Notes under the pieces: model-generated | The model's input: the letters and a program-made list of their open reading frames with translations, nothing else | Told to the model about the DNA's origin: nothing | The model's database searches: none | Position numbers and translations under genes: made by a program | Shown: piece after piece, positions 36,628 through 50,255 of the stretch | How the letters are laid out: every line of letters starts with the position of its first letter | Position numbering within the stretch: position 1 is the first letter of the stretch | Source of the DNA: Takakia lepidozioides | Taxonomy: Eukaryota; Plantae; Bryophyta | Direction: 5' to 3' | NCBI GenBank assembly: GCA_030704615.1 | Contig: CM060733.1 | Coordinates: forward strand, 3,720,001 to 3,784,000 | Length of the DNA stretch: 64,000 bases

Positions 36628-37030
36628 CACTACAACAGATGAGCATTTTTATGACTGCACATATAACTATTTTTTCAGTCTTATATGCGTTCATGACTAC
36701 ATCACTCTGTAGTGGAAAAAGCCTTGTCATAGCGACTAATCTTTAGGACTGCATTTTGCAAGTCATAGTCGTGAGTGCGTGCGTGGCACCTGGAGACATG
36801 CATAAGAGAGTGATGTAGTTACAACTCTATGACTTACATACGACTAACTATATGACTACATTGTCTGATGAGCGTTGCCTACATGGAGAGGCTTTAGAGG
36901 AACACGTGCACCACTGCGCAAGCGACATGTCACGACACCTATTGCACTTCAGATGTGACATGTGGCACTTAGACATAATATATGACTAGCATATATGGCA
37001 GGGTTTATGCCACGTGTCATCAAGAATGTC
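36628..37030 (+). mobile_element. CACTA/EnSpm-like terminal and subterminal region; no partner end found
   Basis: Begins CACTACAACAGA and is followed by ~400 bp dense in ATGACT/GTCATA short repeats in both orientations. Confidence 0.5.
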
Positions 37031-37501
37031 TCTGAAAATAATTTAATAGTTATATTTGTTATTTTAAATTCTTAAATTTATGTTTTATTTTTTGAAAACA
37101 GGGGACAGCAGCTTGGAAAATTTTATTAAATGGTATTATTGTTTAATTTAATAATGTTACATAAAATAAAAATAGATTAGATGAAATTCTTCATTACATG
37201 GTGAAATTCTGATATAAAAACAGAATGGACCCCTCTTGTATACTAGCAACCACAAGGACATTCAAAATAGACAAGTACAGGGGAATACACGCCCTGTAAA
37301 TTATATTACAAAAATCCAAATGAGACCAATGTCCCAATGGACACCTCAAAGGCCACAAGGTCCAAAAATCCATGCCTGAAAAGGTCCAGTAAGCAAAAAA
37401 TAAGCAAGCCCACACATGGCCTGAATTGTTGTAATACTAGTTTGTTCTGGTGCTACTAGAATCAAGGACCCTGTTAAACAGTGCAATACTTACAGCCGAT
37501 T

Positions 37502-40500
37502 TGATAAGAGGAAAAAACAGGGTGAAATGTGTTGAAGAAGGTGCCTTGATTGACAGTGCCTGATTTGATCAATTGTGTCGCTGCTGCTGCGGCTTCCAGT
37601 TGACCATCTACCCATGCAGGTTTCTTGTACCTATCCTTCCACAGGGAATCATAGGTAATATGGAGCTTGAAATCCGGCCCTCTTGGATGAATCTGGACCC
37701 CACATCTATCCCTGCTCCTTCAGCTATCATGCCCCTGCACAAATCATGCATACATCCTCGCCTTGCTGCTAGCAGCTGACAATGACAGCCTAGAATTGCT
37801 TGAGCAAACACCCCAACCCTACTTATCACACTAGTTCATATGCTGACTTGCGTCTACTTCCAACAGGCATTCACCTTTTGCCTCGATTGTTCCACCATTG
37901 ACTGAGATCGGGAACGTATTCTTCCTAGAGCTTCTCCTCGAGTCTCTGTTATCTATTTTTCGATACTTTCCTGTCGACCACATTGACAGTAACATGTCAA
38001 AATCACTCCAAAACTACCATAGATCCACCAACGAGCTAACTTGCAGAATTCAATATTAAAATTTAGGGACGACTCTGATAGCAGGGGAAAACAAGGTGAA
38101 ATATGTTGAAGAATGTACCTTCATTAGCAGCGCCTTGTTTTATGAATTGTGCTGCTGCCGCTGCTGTTTCCAGTTGACCATCTACCCACTTGTAGCCGCT
38201 GTGAGCTATTGAAGAAGGTGCCCCCTTCCCCCATCATTTGATCATAGGTCTCCATACCATGTCCCTGCTCTGCATACCCTGCAAGCATCGCGTTCCATGA
38301 CACCACATCTCGTTCAGCCATAGTGTTGAAAACTCCTTTCGCATCCTTAATGCACCCACATTTCACATACATGTCCACCAGGGCAGTGTTCAGAATGACA
38401 TCTGGTACAATTCCAGCTTTGATGATGTCACCATGGACCTCTTTCCCCTTTTCCAGAGGTCCCAGGCTTGCACACGCATTGCAAACACAAACAAACGTGA
38501 TGTGGTTGGACTTCACCCCTTCGCGCAACATTTGCTCATAGGTCTCCAAAGCATTCCTACCACACCCATGCTTGGTAAATCCTGCCAACATTATATTCCA
38601 CGTGATCAAAGATCATTGAGACATTCTGTTGAAAACTTCGTGAGCATGCATGCTTGATGCTCCTGCACTTAACATACATGTCCACCAAGGTATTGTTTAA
38701 AATGACATTTGGTACAATTCCAGCCCTGATGATGTTGCCATGGACCTCTTTGCAAGCCCTTTTCCAGAGCTGCCATGGCTGTTTTTAGAATGACATTTGG
38801 TACAATTCCAGCTTTGATGATGTCACCATTCACCTCTTTGCTCTTTTCCAGGGCTGCCAAGCTTGCACAAGCATTGCGAGTGCACACAAACGTGATGTGG
38901 TCGGGCTTTACCCCTTCGCACATCATTTGCTCATACGTCTCCAAAGCCTCCATCCCGCGCCCCTTCTGTGCATACCCTGCGAGCATCGCATTCCACGACA
39001 CCACATTTCGTTCATCCATATTGTTGAACACTCCCTTTGCATCTTCCGGCTCTGACGATGTCACCATGCACCTCTTTGCCCTTTTCCAGGGCTGCCAGGC
39101 TTGCACACGCACTGCAAACGCACTCAAACGTGATGTGGTCGGACTTCACCCCTTCCCCCATCATTTGCTCATAGGTCTCCAAAGCATTCCTACCACACCC
39201 ATGCTTGGTAAATCCTCCCAACATTATATTCCACGTGATCAAAGATCGTTGAGGCTTTCTGTTGAACACTTGGTGAGCATCCATGATGCTCCCGCACTTA
39301 ACATACATGTTGACAAGGGTGTTGAGGAGAATTTTTTTTGGCGTGAATCCACTTTGGATAATGTGAGTTTGCACCTGCTTTTCAGCTTCCGGGCCTTCCA
39401 CCTTGATGCACTTATGCAAGAGACAGACATACATATCTGAATCTGCTGAAATGCCTCCTTGGTTTAAAGTCTATAGAGCCTCTGTCAGTCTGCCTCCCTC
39501 ACAAAGCATCTTCACATGCCCATAAGTGCCAGAAGAGGCATTGTGGACTCCCTCTCTTGATCGGCTTCCAGAAGCTGTTGAGATTGAGATGCCTGGTTTT
39601 ATCAACTGTGCCGCTGCAGCTGCTGCCTTCAGTTGACCATCTACCCATGCAGGTTTCTTGTGTCTATTGATCCACAGGGAATCATAGGTAATCTTGTGCT
39701 TGAAATCTGGCCCTCTTGGAAGAATCTGTACCCACTCTCTATTACTGCTCCTTTAGCTATCCATGCGTCTGCACAAATCATGCATTCGTCCTTGCCTTGC
39801 TGCTAGCAGCCGACAATAACAGCCTAGACACCCAACTCAGCTTATGACCCTAGTTCCTATGCTGAATTGCGTCTGCTACTCTCTGTAATCTAACAGGCAT
39901 TCATTTTGTTGCCTCGATTGTCTCACCATTGACTGGGGTCACAAAAGTATCCATTCCACAACTTCTCCTCATCTCTGTTACATACTTTCTTGTTGTCACA
40001 TTGGCAGTATCATGTCAAACTCGCTGCAAACTAGATTCACTCAACCAGCTAACTTGCAGAATTCAACATGGAAATTTAGGGCCGATTCTGTGATTGGAAA
40101 GAGAACCCAGAGGGATGGAATGGAAGCAGCAGCATGGGTGTGTCTCTGATGCATCAACAGACAGCGGTCAGACCAAGTTCTATGACCCAAACCCAGAGTG
40201 AGCACAATGGCTTTGTAAGGCCAATGCCTATAGGGCATATTCAATACTACAATGAGGATACGCAAGCTGCAGATACCATGTGCAAATCAAAAAAACACAA
40301 AGGTGGTGAAGGTGCACAACCTGCCAAAGAGAGGGCAGAGTTGAGGAAGGATGAAGCAACTACAGACATTGGGAAATGCTCTGATGCGGGCAGAAGGGAA
40401 GACCCAGGCCTTGTCGGGGTTCAGCTGGCAGAAGAACAAGCTGCTGACAACAACAACATGGAAGCAGAGTGGATACAAGTTGATTTTGACAAACCTGAGT

Positions 40501-41500
40501 CCATCAGACAAGGCATCAGAAGGCCCAAACAAAGAACACTGTGCAAAATCTGTAATAACATGAGACACAGTCGTCACACACTAACCCAACATGGGTCTTG
40601 GCAAACTTTTAGCAAAGCTGAAACAATCACATAAGCAAAAAAAGGGGCAGGACCTCAAGGGAAGATGTATGGAGTACCTTTTGCAGTGATCAATGAGTAC
40701 ATGGAAGGAGGAGAAGCTTACCCACTGCCAAGCACGGAGTACATGATGCAACCAACAGCACAAGTATCATGTCAGTTCACTCATAATGAGCTGGAGGCAC
40801 TGGATGAGTTGGACGAGATATACCATATAAGTGATCACACTCCAATAAGACTACAACAACACCCCACATCAACATGTTGACACGGGAAAGTGCAAAGAAG
40901 GCCAAAATAGGGGATGTGATGCCTATTTTGCAGAAATCCAGCCAAGACATCAAGGATTTAGGGCAAAAACATGGATTTCGTGAAGAAGAATGCATTGGCA
41001 TGGATAACATCTACAGCTCAGCAGGGTTTGAGCGCCAACCAGAGATATTCATGGGATAGGGTGACAAAAGCGAGGAAGAAGCCAAAACACAAAGCCTTGA
41101 CGCATTCACTGAAGACTGGGCAGACAAACAGATAAGAGAAGACAGCTCGCAAGAAACGGATAAGAGGGAAAAATAGGGTGAAATGTACTGAAGGAGGTGC
41201 CTTCAGTAGAAGTGCTTGACCTTATCAATTGTGCCGCTGCTGCTACCGCTTCCAGTTGACCATCTACCCATGTAGGTTTCTTGCAGCTATCCTTTCACAG
41301 GGAATCATAGGTAATGTGGAGCTTGAAATCCAGCCCTCTTGGATGAATCTGGACCCACACTCTATCCCTGCTCCTTCAGCTATCCATGTCTCTGACAGCC
41401 TAGAATTCTACCAGCAAACACCCCAACCATACTGGTGTGGAGTTCTTCCCCAAAACACCCCAACCCTACTTATCACAATCTGAAATGCATCTGCTTCTCT
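37502..41500. repeat. Locally duplicated ~350-600 bp segment: copies at ~37502-38070, ~39590-40090 and ~41158-41500, plus a partial copy at ~38085-38190
   Basis: Shared core CAGTTGACCATCTACCCATG(C/T)AGGTTTCTTG...ACAGGGAATCATAGGTAAT...GCCCTCTTGG; the copies flank the PPR pseudogene. Confidence 0.8.
38124..39530 (-). pseudogene. PLS-class pentatricopeptide repeat (PPR) gene, fragmented
   Basis: Repeated motifs NTLVNMYVKCGSIMDAHQVF, ITWNIML.GFTKHG.G..ALE.YEQM, VVSWNAMLAGY and ITFVC..ACASL..LEKGKEVH; frameshifts and deletions. Confidence 0.9.
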
Positions 41501-44149
41501 CTGTAGTCCAAACACTCCTTAGTGCCGGCCGTCTCGCCACGCTACTATTCGGGCTCCCGGCCAAAAATGGGCTAGTATAATGCCATTGGCATGTCTGTTT
41601 ACCGCGCCATTGCTGGTCATGCTCGCTCCAAAGTACGCCCCGGGCTTGCGGATACTAAGGCCGGGGCTCCTTTGCCGTTGCAGTGGCATTTTGGGACCCC
41701 CCTAGCTGCTCTGATGAGATGACACTGGACACTTGGGCCATCGACACTGCAACGATGGGAACTTGATTTGTCATTACTGAAATTTTGTATGTCCTGCCAC
41801 GTGCCAATAAGCATCTTGCCACCGACAACACTTTCACATTACATGACCGGCAACCTGCTACGCTAGGGCTACACAGCCGGTAGCAAGATTGCAAATTTGT
41901 GAAAACAGAAGTGGGAGCTGCAAGCGCTGCTTTCAAACAATCTTAATACTTCTTACTGATCTTCGTGCTCGACAACCCTTGTTGCTTCTTGTGCGCGGGA
42001 TTCTCACCTGGCCCTCCAATGCGTGATAGATACACCGATCAGGCACGGATAGAACGAGAATCAAGGCAAGTAAAGGCCACCATAACACATATGTATCCTT
42101 GCAACTATTCTAGTAATAAAGAGCTTCTCTGCGACTGATTGTAGCTTGGCATGTTATTAGTCTCTTGATTACAATCTAGACTTGTTACACACGAAGCCCC
42201 GTGCTGCATGTCCAGTTCAAGGTAGCGGCGATGCTTACTGTACAGACAGTAAAAATAGATGGTGACACTCATCATGAAAAGGTCGAAGACAAGCATAGAT
42301 CACTCGCAAAGAGGACGGTGAGGAGATGACAGCGAGGTAATTTTGACACGTGCTGGAAAGTGCAGTGGCAAGGCTCGAAGAAGCAGAAAATGATGAGAGA
42401 GAGATGATATGTCCATGGAAAGGACACAAGGAGAGACTTAAAAATTCAGCAGCAAATGCTAGTTGGCACCTATGCGTGATCCTTGAAGCTGGATGATCGT
42501 TTCCCCAGTAAGCTTATAGAAGAGCCTGTTGTTGCAATTGTTTCTTGTATCGGGGTCGGTCCTCTGGACCAAAAATTAGCTTCAGCTTCTTTGTCAATCA
42601 TTTGCTTCGATCATGCGAGAGCGCCATGCAGCGGGTGAAGGGGCAGGGCTATGGAGCAGAAAAGCGGCATCCTCTTCGCAATGCGCAGAGGACGGAGTTC
42701 CTTGCATGTGGTTGCTATGGAGCCTCGCCAACAGCAGAACTTTGCGCTTTCCGTTCTTGGGGTTGCTGCATTGTATGTGCCCTAGGATCTGGGCTTGGAA
42801 TTGTCTTCTGACTAATTCAGCAGAAACGAACGACGAACGTACTCTGGCCAAAAAGCAAGTTAGACAACGCCGATAACTAGTATATCTGGCACGTAGGTCA
42901 ACGCTGGAGCAGGGTTATTTCAAGATCCTTCACAAAGGTTGGACGGCAGCGTTGTAAAGTGAGCTTTTTTCATGTAGGATGTGAAGGAGTCTGAGGGAGT
43001 TCGGCGTGTGGACTCGATTGTACCCTTTGTTGTGGGGTGAAAGTAGTTGTGGCAATGTTCTGCACCTGCGGCCTGAGCTCATTCATCTTGCCCTGGGTGA
43101 GCTTCCGTGGTGCTTTGCCTCCCACCGACCCTTGTGCTAACCAGACCTGCATAAGGTGGTTATCCACCAAGTTGCTTGTGGCACCCCTGAGAGTCTGCTC
43201 CTCTCTGAGTTTGTACACATCTATCTGCTGCTATAAAGCCTCCATGCGCTTCGCATGAGGTTCAACCAAACTCGCATAGGCAGCAGCCAGATTATTGGCT
43301 TCCTTCCAAGCCTTGTTAGCCACAGAAAGTTCATTTCTATTCACCATGACTGTTTGTTGCAATTCCAAGATGTACTTCTCTTGATCAGCTTCAACCTACC
43401 TGTATTGCTTGAAAGTATTCTCATTGCGACAGATTGTATTCTTCATATCAACAATGAGTTTCGTCTGCTCGAAATTGTCTGCCTCTGCCTTCATACATCT
43501 CTCTGCTTGTCTGTTAACTTCTAATGTAGTTTGCTGAAGGGTAGTTGTGAGTGTAGCACATTGTATGGCCATCCTCTCATGTACTGTCTGCAACTCCGTA
43601 TGTAGTGCATTCACTTCTTGCAACTTGCTCTCATGCTTCACCTGCATTTGGTATAGCTGTTGCTTATGTGTTTCGTGCAACTGGTCCTGCGCGAGGCCTG
43701 CTTCAATCAATTGTTCCTTGGCCCACTGCAAAGTATCGCTTTGCTCTGCAAAAAATGCTTTTACGATCTACTGTTCCTTTGGTAGGTTGTTCTCCCTGAG
43801 CAGGGCATGAAAGTAGGATGCACAAGGTCATTTGCAAGGTACTGGGGAGGGTCGAGACTGGCGCTGCTCAGCTGCTCCCTGGTCGTTTTCACAGACCACT
43901 CCAAAGTCTCCAGACTAGAGACATAAGCTTGTTTAGCATCTATGTAATTTTGCAAATGCTCGTATGTTCCTCATAGTGCATCCAATGGAGCCGAAAGTGA
44001 CTTGCATGAATGTTGTTGAAAGCTCACTAGCACTCCTCTGAAAATGAACTTGTCTAGATGCTTTCGAATTTTCTGGCACGAAGCTCTACCGTGCAGCATG
44101 GAGCAGCGCTGGCATGAGTTGGATAACCGCAGTTCGCAAGGTGCGGCTT

Positions 44150-44920
44150 TCAAAGCTAGCTGCTTTTCATGACACAAGGTCAAGGACAATGTGGGGCTCA
44201 AACGATCCAAAGAGGATTGAATCCAAGATGTTTTTCTACCCAACACCTTGGCCAATGTGTATGTTAAGTGCAAGAGCATCCTGGATGCACACCATGTGTT
44301 CAACAAAATGCCTGAACAAGGCTTGTTCACATGGAATGTAGTGATGGCAGGATTTACCTAGCATGGGTGCGGTAGGAATGCTTTGGAGATATATGAGCGA
44401 ATGATGCGGGATGGGTTGAAGCCCAACCACATCACGTTTGTTTCGTTTGCAATGCGTGTGCGAGCCTCGCAGCTCTTGAAAATGGCAAAGAGGTCCATGG
44501 TGACGTCAGCAGAGCTGGAACTGTCCCAGATGTCATGCTGAACACTGCCCTGATGGACATGTATGCCAAATGCGGAGCATGGAAGATGCAGAGGGAGTGT
44601 TCGACAATATGGCTGAAAAAGATGTGGTGTCTTGGAACGGTGGAAGGCTTGAAGCTGGACAATATCACTTCTAAATGTTTTCTATCTGGAGGTAGCCACG
44701 TTTGCCTAGTAGATGAAGGCAAACACTACTTTGGCTCCCTGAGTGAAGATTATGGCATCAGCCCAGCAGTGGAGCATTTTGGCTCCATGGTGGACCTTCT
44801 TGGTGGTGCGGGGCCATTGGATGGGGCAGAGGACTTCATTAACAAAATGCCATTCAAACGAAATGCGTGGTGTGGATGGCCTTGCTTGGTGCCTGCAGAA
44901 TCCATGGCCACGCATGGTGA
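44150..44920 (+). pseudogene. PLS-class PPR pseudogene with E-domain remnant
   Basis: NTALMDMYAKCG, SHVCLVDEGKHYF...YGISPAVEHFGSMVDLLG.AG.LD.AEDFINKMPF. Confidence 0.85.
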
Positions 44921-46014
44921 CTGCCACACCTCCACCAAGTTCATCTCAAAGATTGTAGTTGTTGTACGGACGCTAACTGCTTTCACCACTTCGAAGATTG
45001 GGTTTATTCCTGTGGGGATTACTGGTGAAACGATGTTTTTCTGTAACGGTGTTAGTGTCTTCCTCCATTCATAATCTGCGTAGCTACTCAGTTCATGAGA
45101 ATATTGACTATGACTGTTGAGGGCATTTCCTGTGGCAACCTTCGGTTGGACGCACCCACACTATAAACATCAGTTTGTGCATGTTGGAGTGCAAGGTTGG
45201 GGGACAGAATCTGCCTACTCCACCCACTTCAGAATACAATTGCCTACAGTTTGAGACCAGATTTTGAAGCATGTATAACAATTGTAGAGTGGTAAGCAAT
45301 TGTTGATAGTTTCATGCAAAGCTCGGCGATACTGCTAGTGTCCTAGTAAGCAGGTGCTGATTTCTTACATGACTCCTAGGGTTCTCAATAGCTGCTTGAG
45401 CTGCTGATCTCAACTTTTCATTTATTGACCATGGTTTCTGAGATTCTCTCCATTGATTCGTCCACTGTCCCTTGTTGTGACTAGCTTTACTGCTCTTCCA
45501 GTGGATCATGACAATGCTCAAGATGAAATGACTTCGGAGTTGGTTTTGGCTGATGGCAGGGACCCAGAAAGATAAATGTACTGTGGAGAAACTTGTGAGT
45601 GAGCTGAAGTTCAAGCTGTGGAACGCTGTAGTAAGTGCCCACACGGGGCTCACACCCAATTGTCAGTGACAGCTCAATTTTCACATTTCGCCATGACTAG
45701 CACGCCTTTACCATGGCTTGTGCTATTGCTGAGAAGAACCCTTACCCATTCCCCTCATTTTTGTCAGAAATGAAAATGCATTGCAAAGAGCTGGAGAAAG
45801 TGAGTAGCGTTCCGCTTAAATCTTGATCTCTATATTCTATGGATTTTGGCTGTGTGTGCACTGAGCATGACTTTGTTCTGGTGTGTATGCTGCAACCAGC
45901 CTTGTCAAGTACAACAGGATGACTGCCATACTCTTGGCACCCTAACATGCTATCTGGTAGAAACAATTATGACATCTTGACTGGGATGGGGGAGGGAGGA
46001 GTAAGCAAGAGAAA

Positions 46015-46176
46015 TCCCCATAGGGATTATAGGTCGAAGGTAGACTGGTATGGTAGAAGTAATTGGTACAGACTAGCTTCATGCTAGTTTTTGCATTCCC
46101 CATAGGATTGTAGGTCGAGGGTAGACTGGTATGGTAGAATACAACTAATTGGTACAGACTAGCTTCATGCTAGTTA
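46015..46176. repeat. Two-copy tandem repeat of ~80 bp
   Basis: CCCCATAGG...GGTAGACTGGTATGGTAGAA...TAATTGGTACAGACTAGCTTCATGCTAGTT occurs twice. Confidence 0.85.
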
Positions 46177-47813
46177 ATGTATTTTGCAGTGGATTTGGGG
46201 GTTGGCAGCCTTATGACACTGTACAATGAAACAGCCAACTTCATCATGAGAAAAGAAATTGGATTTTCTGTCTTTCTGTTGTGACACCATCGCTAATTTG
46301 CTTGTTACAGGGATGCTGGATCCCCCTTTGGATGGAGTACCTGCAGGGGGGGGGCTGGCAAGCTGTGAATGCTGATATCTGCAAGGCTTACCACAACGTC
46401 CCTGAGGATGAATACAAAGTGCCTGGAGAGCCGGAGAGCTGCTCAGGCCCATACATTTTGGGAGTTAAGAGTCATATCATCTACATTGAGGGCGGAGGCC
46501 AGGCATCGGAAATGGACCTTGTGTGGAAGATCACGGGCATGATGGAGTCTGTTGAGGACAACCTTGTTGCACTGACTGTCAAAACCAAGTGTGGCTGAGT
46601 GGACCAGCTTGGGTGGAAGGTGATCGCAGGCATGATGGAGCGTGTGGAGAACAACCGTGTTGCACTCACTGTCAATACTGGTTGTGGTCGACTTGGGTGG
46701 TGATCGCAGGCATGATATGATCATGTGGAGGATGACATTGTTGCCACTCAAGCTGGCCCACCAGCATGGAAAAAATGTTCCAAGGTTGCAAGACTATTCT
46801 GTATTTAGACATACCATCTATGAGCCCTATCGGCAAAGTCTGAGACCAAAACTACTGAAATAAGGCAGTTCACTGAAGATTTTGGAGGAACGAGTGTAGC
46901 ACAGGTACAGCTACAATCTGACGAGGAAGAAGAATTAGCATCCTACCAGGTTGGCGATTGTGGATGCAGTAAAGCATCCCACACTCAGTGGCTGAGACTG
47001 CTGGATCCACTTAGTGATCTCTGGCCAGTTTAAAGGAACATCCCTTCCTTGCTTCATGGCTGCTTAAGTCTTGAAGCGACGGAGATGAATGACTCTAGAG
47101 TTCTTAAAGTGTTAACTGGGGTTTGTACATATGGATGATGGCCACGTTTCATCCACCACGGCGATCATCGTCTAAACTGCTCCAACGAGTGAGATAATTG
47201 ACAGTAAGCGAACGATTCATCCATCGGGATTCGGATGAATGTAGTCGAGACACATCCGCCCAATGCTTGAGGTACTTCAAAATATCACATCTCTGCCGGT
47301 GAAACCCACCGGGTAATCTGAGCCTTACACGCCGCGGGGTCTCACTGCGTACGAGCTACCGCAAGGACAGCCAGCCACGTGGCGTCTACGAAAGCTGAAC
47401 ATAATTTAAAAATCCCGGAGATTGAGGATATTGTAGCAATCGTACGCTGCCACGAGCACACGTGTACCTTCGACGATTGCGTGACCATCTACCTACTACC
47501 GTACATGTACATGTAAGTTAGTAATTTGTACGATTGACGTGGCGGGATGTCAGAAGGAAGATTCTAACGCGTGGATGGTGTAGATTGGCTCATGTCGATC
47601 CGTGTATCCAGTGACGGCCTGTACAGTTAGCGTGACGGGAATGGTCGTAGGGTTGGTTACCTTCGTTTCCCGTTTGGGTTGCGCTGAGTATGTGGATATA
47701 GAACTCCATCCGCCTCATTTTTTTTTTCTGGTTTTCTATTTGGGCTTTATTTGAAAACAATAAAAATATTGCTAAGAAAAGAAAAAGCCGAGAAACGTAC
47801 AAGGTATGATTCA

Positions 47814-47927
47814 ACCTTGAGACTCGTCGCAGTGACGGAAGACAGTGTGGGATCTTTTGCTTTTAATACGACCTTGAGACTCGTCGCAGTGACGGAAGAC
47901 AGTGTGGGATCTTTTGCTTTTAATACG
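47814..47927. repeat. Perfect 57-bp tandem duplication
   Basis: ACCTTGAGACTCGTCGCAGTGACGGAAGACAGTGTGGGATCTTTTGCTTTTAATACG at 47814 and 47871. Confidence 0.95.
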
Positions 47928-50255
47928 CTCTTGGTCGGGAGATGGTGTGTGAATTGCATACTTACAGGGATTCTCGCTTTTGTTTCTACATGGATTCCCT
48001 CCAAGCTTTGCATTGTCCAGTTGAGAAGTGTGGAGAGACTCGAGAGACGATGTGCCGGATTGCTTGCATTGAAGGCGTTGCACAAGTAGATTTGGGAGTG
48101 TCTGCTTCCTGCTCGATTGTAAATGCGGAGTTTTGAAGAAGCGGGGCTTGTCGGAAGCTCGGTTGTACTTGTTGGCTTGCTGTTGCTCAAAGTTTGCGTC
48201 TTTCTTCCAGGTCTGCTAGCCTACAGTAGTGGTGCCAAGACGGACAGTCTTGTTGGAGTAGATGGTTGGCAGCTGGTTATGTTTTGAAGAACCTCTTCAA
48301 CTGGGTACTATTGATGTGGATTCTACTCCTGCAGCACCCGGCCAGGCACGGTTCAAGCCAGCATATCTAGGGTCTGTTGGTTGTGGGTTAGCAAGGAAGT
48401 GCGGTTCAGCCCTACTGTTATGCAGTTGGGTTCCCCTGACGTAAGCTGGGCAAGACACGGGATGCCTTTATTGGATGCTTTACAGGTATGTAGAACGAGG
48501 TTTTTCGCGGGATGACACGAGCAACAGTGTAGGGCTTGATTCCTGAAGTGTATAGAAGGTCACCAACTGCAGGTTGAGCTTAGATTGCTTCCTTCGATAT
48601 GGGTACTTTTCTTACAGCTCCGCCATGCACACCATTGTTACCATGTGGAAGTGTTAGTTTGAGAGCTTCTTTTCAAAGTGCTGGAGATCAGATCTTCTCA
48701 TGGGGAGGGAGCTGGGGCTGTGCATTGAGTGCTGACAAACGGCCGAGCTGGAGAACGTTTAAAGGTAACTGACAGTTATGGCCCTACAAAGGAGAGGGGT
48801 GTCGAGGAAAGATGAAGAAGATAGATGGAAAGAAGAGACACGGAAATTTATCTAGCCGAAAGATTTACTGTAGGCAGAACGAAACATGGCCACTGAGTTA
48901 GGTTCTGCGGAAGGATACTCCGTCATGCGTGAGACTGGGAGACATTGCTTGGAAGGAGAACTGGGGATGGAAAGTACACTCTCCATCACTACAACAGTGA
49001 CAAGGAACTATTGACGCTACCACAAGGTCGAGAAAATTACTGCAGACGGTAGCCAGTAGCAGCTTTTATGTCATTTTCGTCAAGGCAATCTGTTTCTGGA
49101 AAGGGGGGAGATTGGGGTGCGGTTGGGAATGAGGGACGAAGGTTTTCCCATTCAATGGCCGCGAGGAAGAGAGTGACCTGGTGGGATGACAGACAACAAG
49201 GTGTTGCTGTCTGTGTTTGCTGTACTGAAAGACGATGCTCCTCTTGGGGCACTGTAGAAAACACACTGGGCACGGCCTTAGGATACTAGAAGGTGACAAC
49301 TGGGATACCAACAATGTTCCGATTGGCAAGCTTTGGAATGGAGGCCCAGCTAGGCCAGGACTCGAAGGGGCACTCCGATTCTGAGTCAGTGATGGAGGAG
49401 CTTCCTCACCTGTCGCGCAATCTAACTGTGTCGCGCGTAGTGATTATGGTGAGAACCTTTCATGGAGAAATGGATGAACCCCTGTAGATATTATGGCTCC
49501 CTACTGGATGGCGAGACCGAGCTTATTTGACCTTTAGGCATCTGTAGTACAGCAAGATTTTACACCAGGGGTCTCCAGATGAAAAACACTGCTTGTAGCT
49601 TCAAGTATCCTCTGAGCACTCCCGTTGTGTTCCTAAAGCAGAAGCAATCGGTGCCCCAGTTTCCTTGGTGATGGATGGTGTAGTGTAGGGTATTGGTTGG
49701 CTACTGGGTAGTGAAGGCAGGATTGGAGATTTCTCAATATGTCCAGTTCATCTTGGGGGACTGCCTTCCACATGTAGGGTGTAGAACTTACCAAATTTCC
49801 AAGGTATAAACAAAATGGCTTACCTGTCAAATTGGAAGAGTACCTGAATTATGTAAGTTTCACCACTGCACTGTCTTAGGATTGCCGCAGTAAGAGAAGC
49901 CTGTGATGGATGTTGAGCAATTGTGCTTAACTAGAATTGCCTACCACCTTGAAGTCTTTTTCTCTGGGCTGTGCAAAGTAGGGCATTAATTAGAACGCAA
50001 GTAAATAGGGGGGTAACCAAATTCAAAAGTCACTGCAACTGTCTCATCTTGTTTCTTATGTTAGTGGTGGGAAGTTCTTCGAATCAAAGAGTGGTATACC
50101 AACGCAGAGGGAATGGTCTTCAAGCTTGAGCATGTTTTGTACCTGGTCAAGAGATCGAAAAGTATAATCATTACACTTGATGGCCCTTTTTGCTAATTGG
50201 GGCAGCAAGGCTTGAACCAAATCAACTAACAATTTTTGATGGCGAGACGCGTCAG

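Noticed and set aside
40134-41160. Gene with a zinc-knuckle-like motif (CKICNNMRH)
   Set aside because: The motif is incomplete and the frames are broken; no family can be assigned.
48770-49490. Upstream coding exons of the histidine kinase
   Set aside because: No consistent open frame or splice chain could be established by eye.
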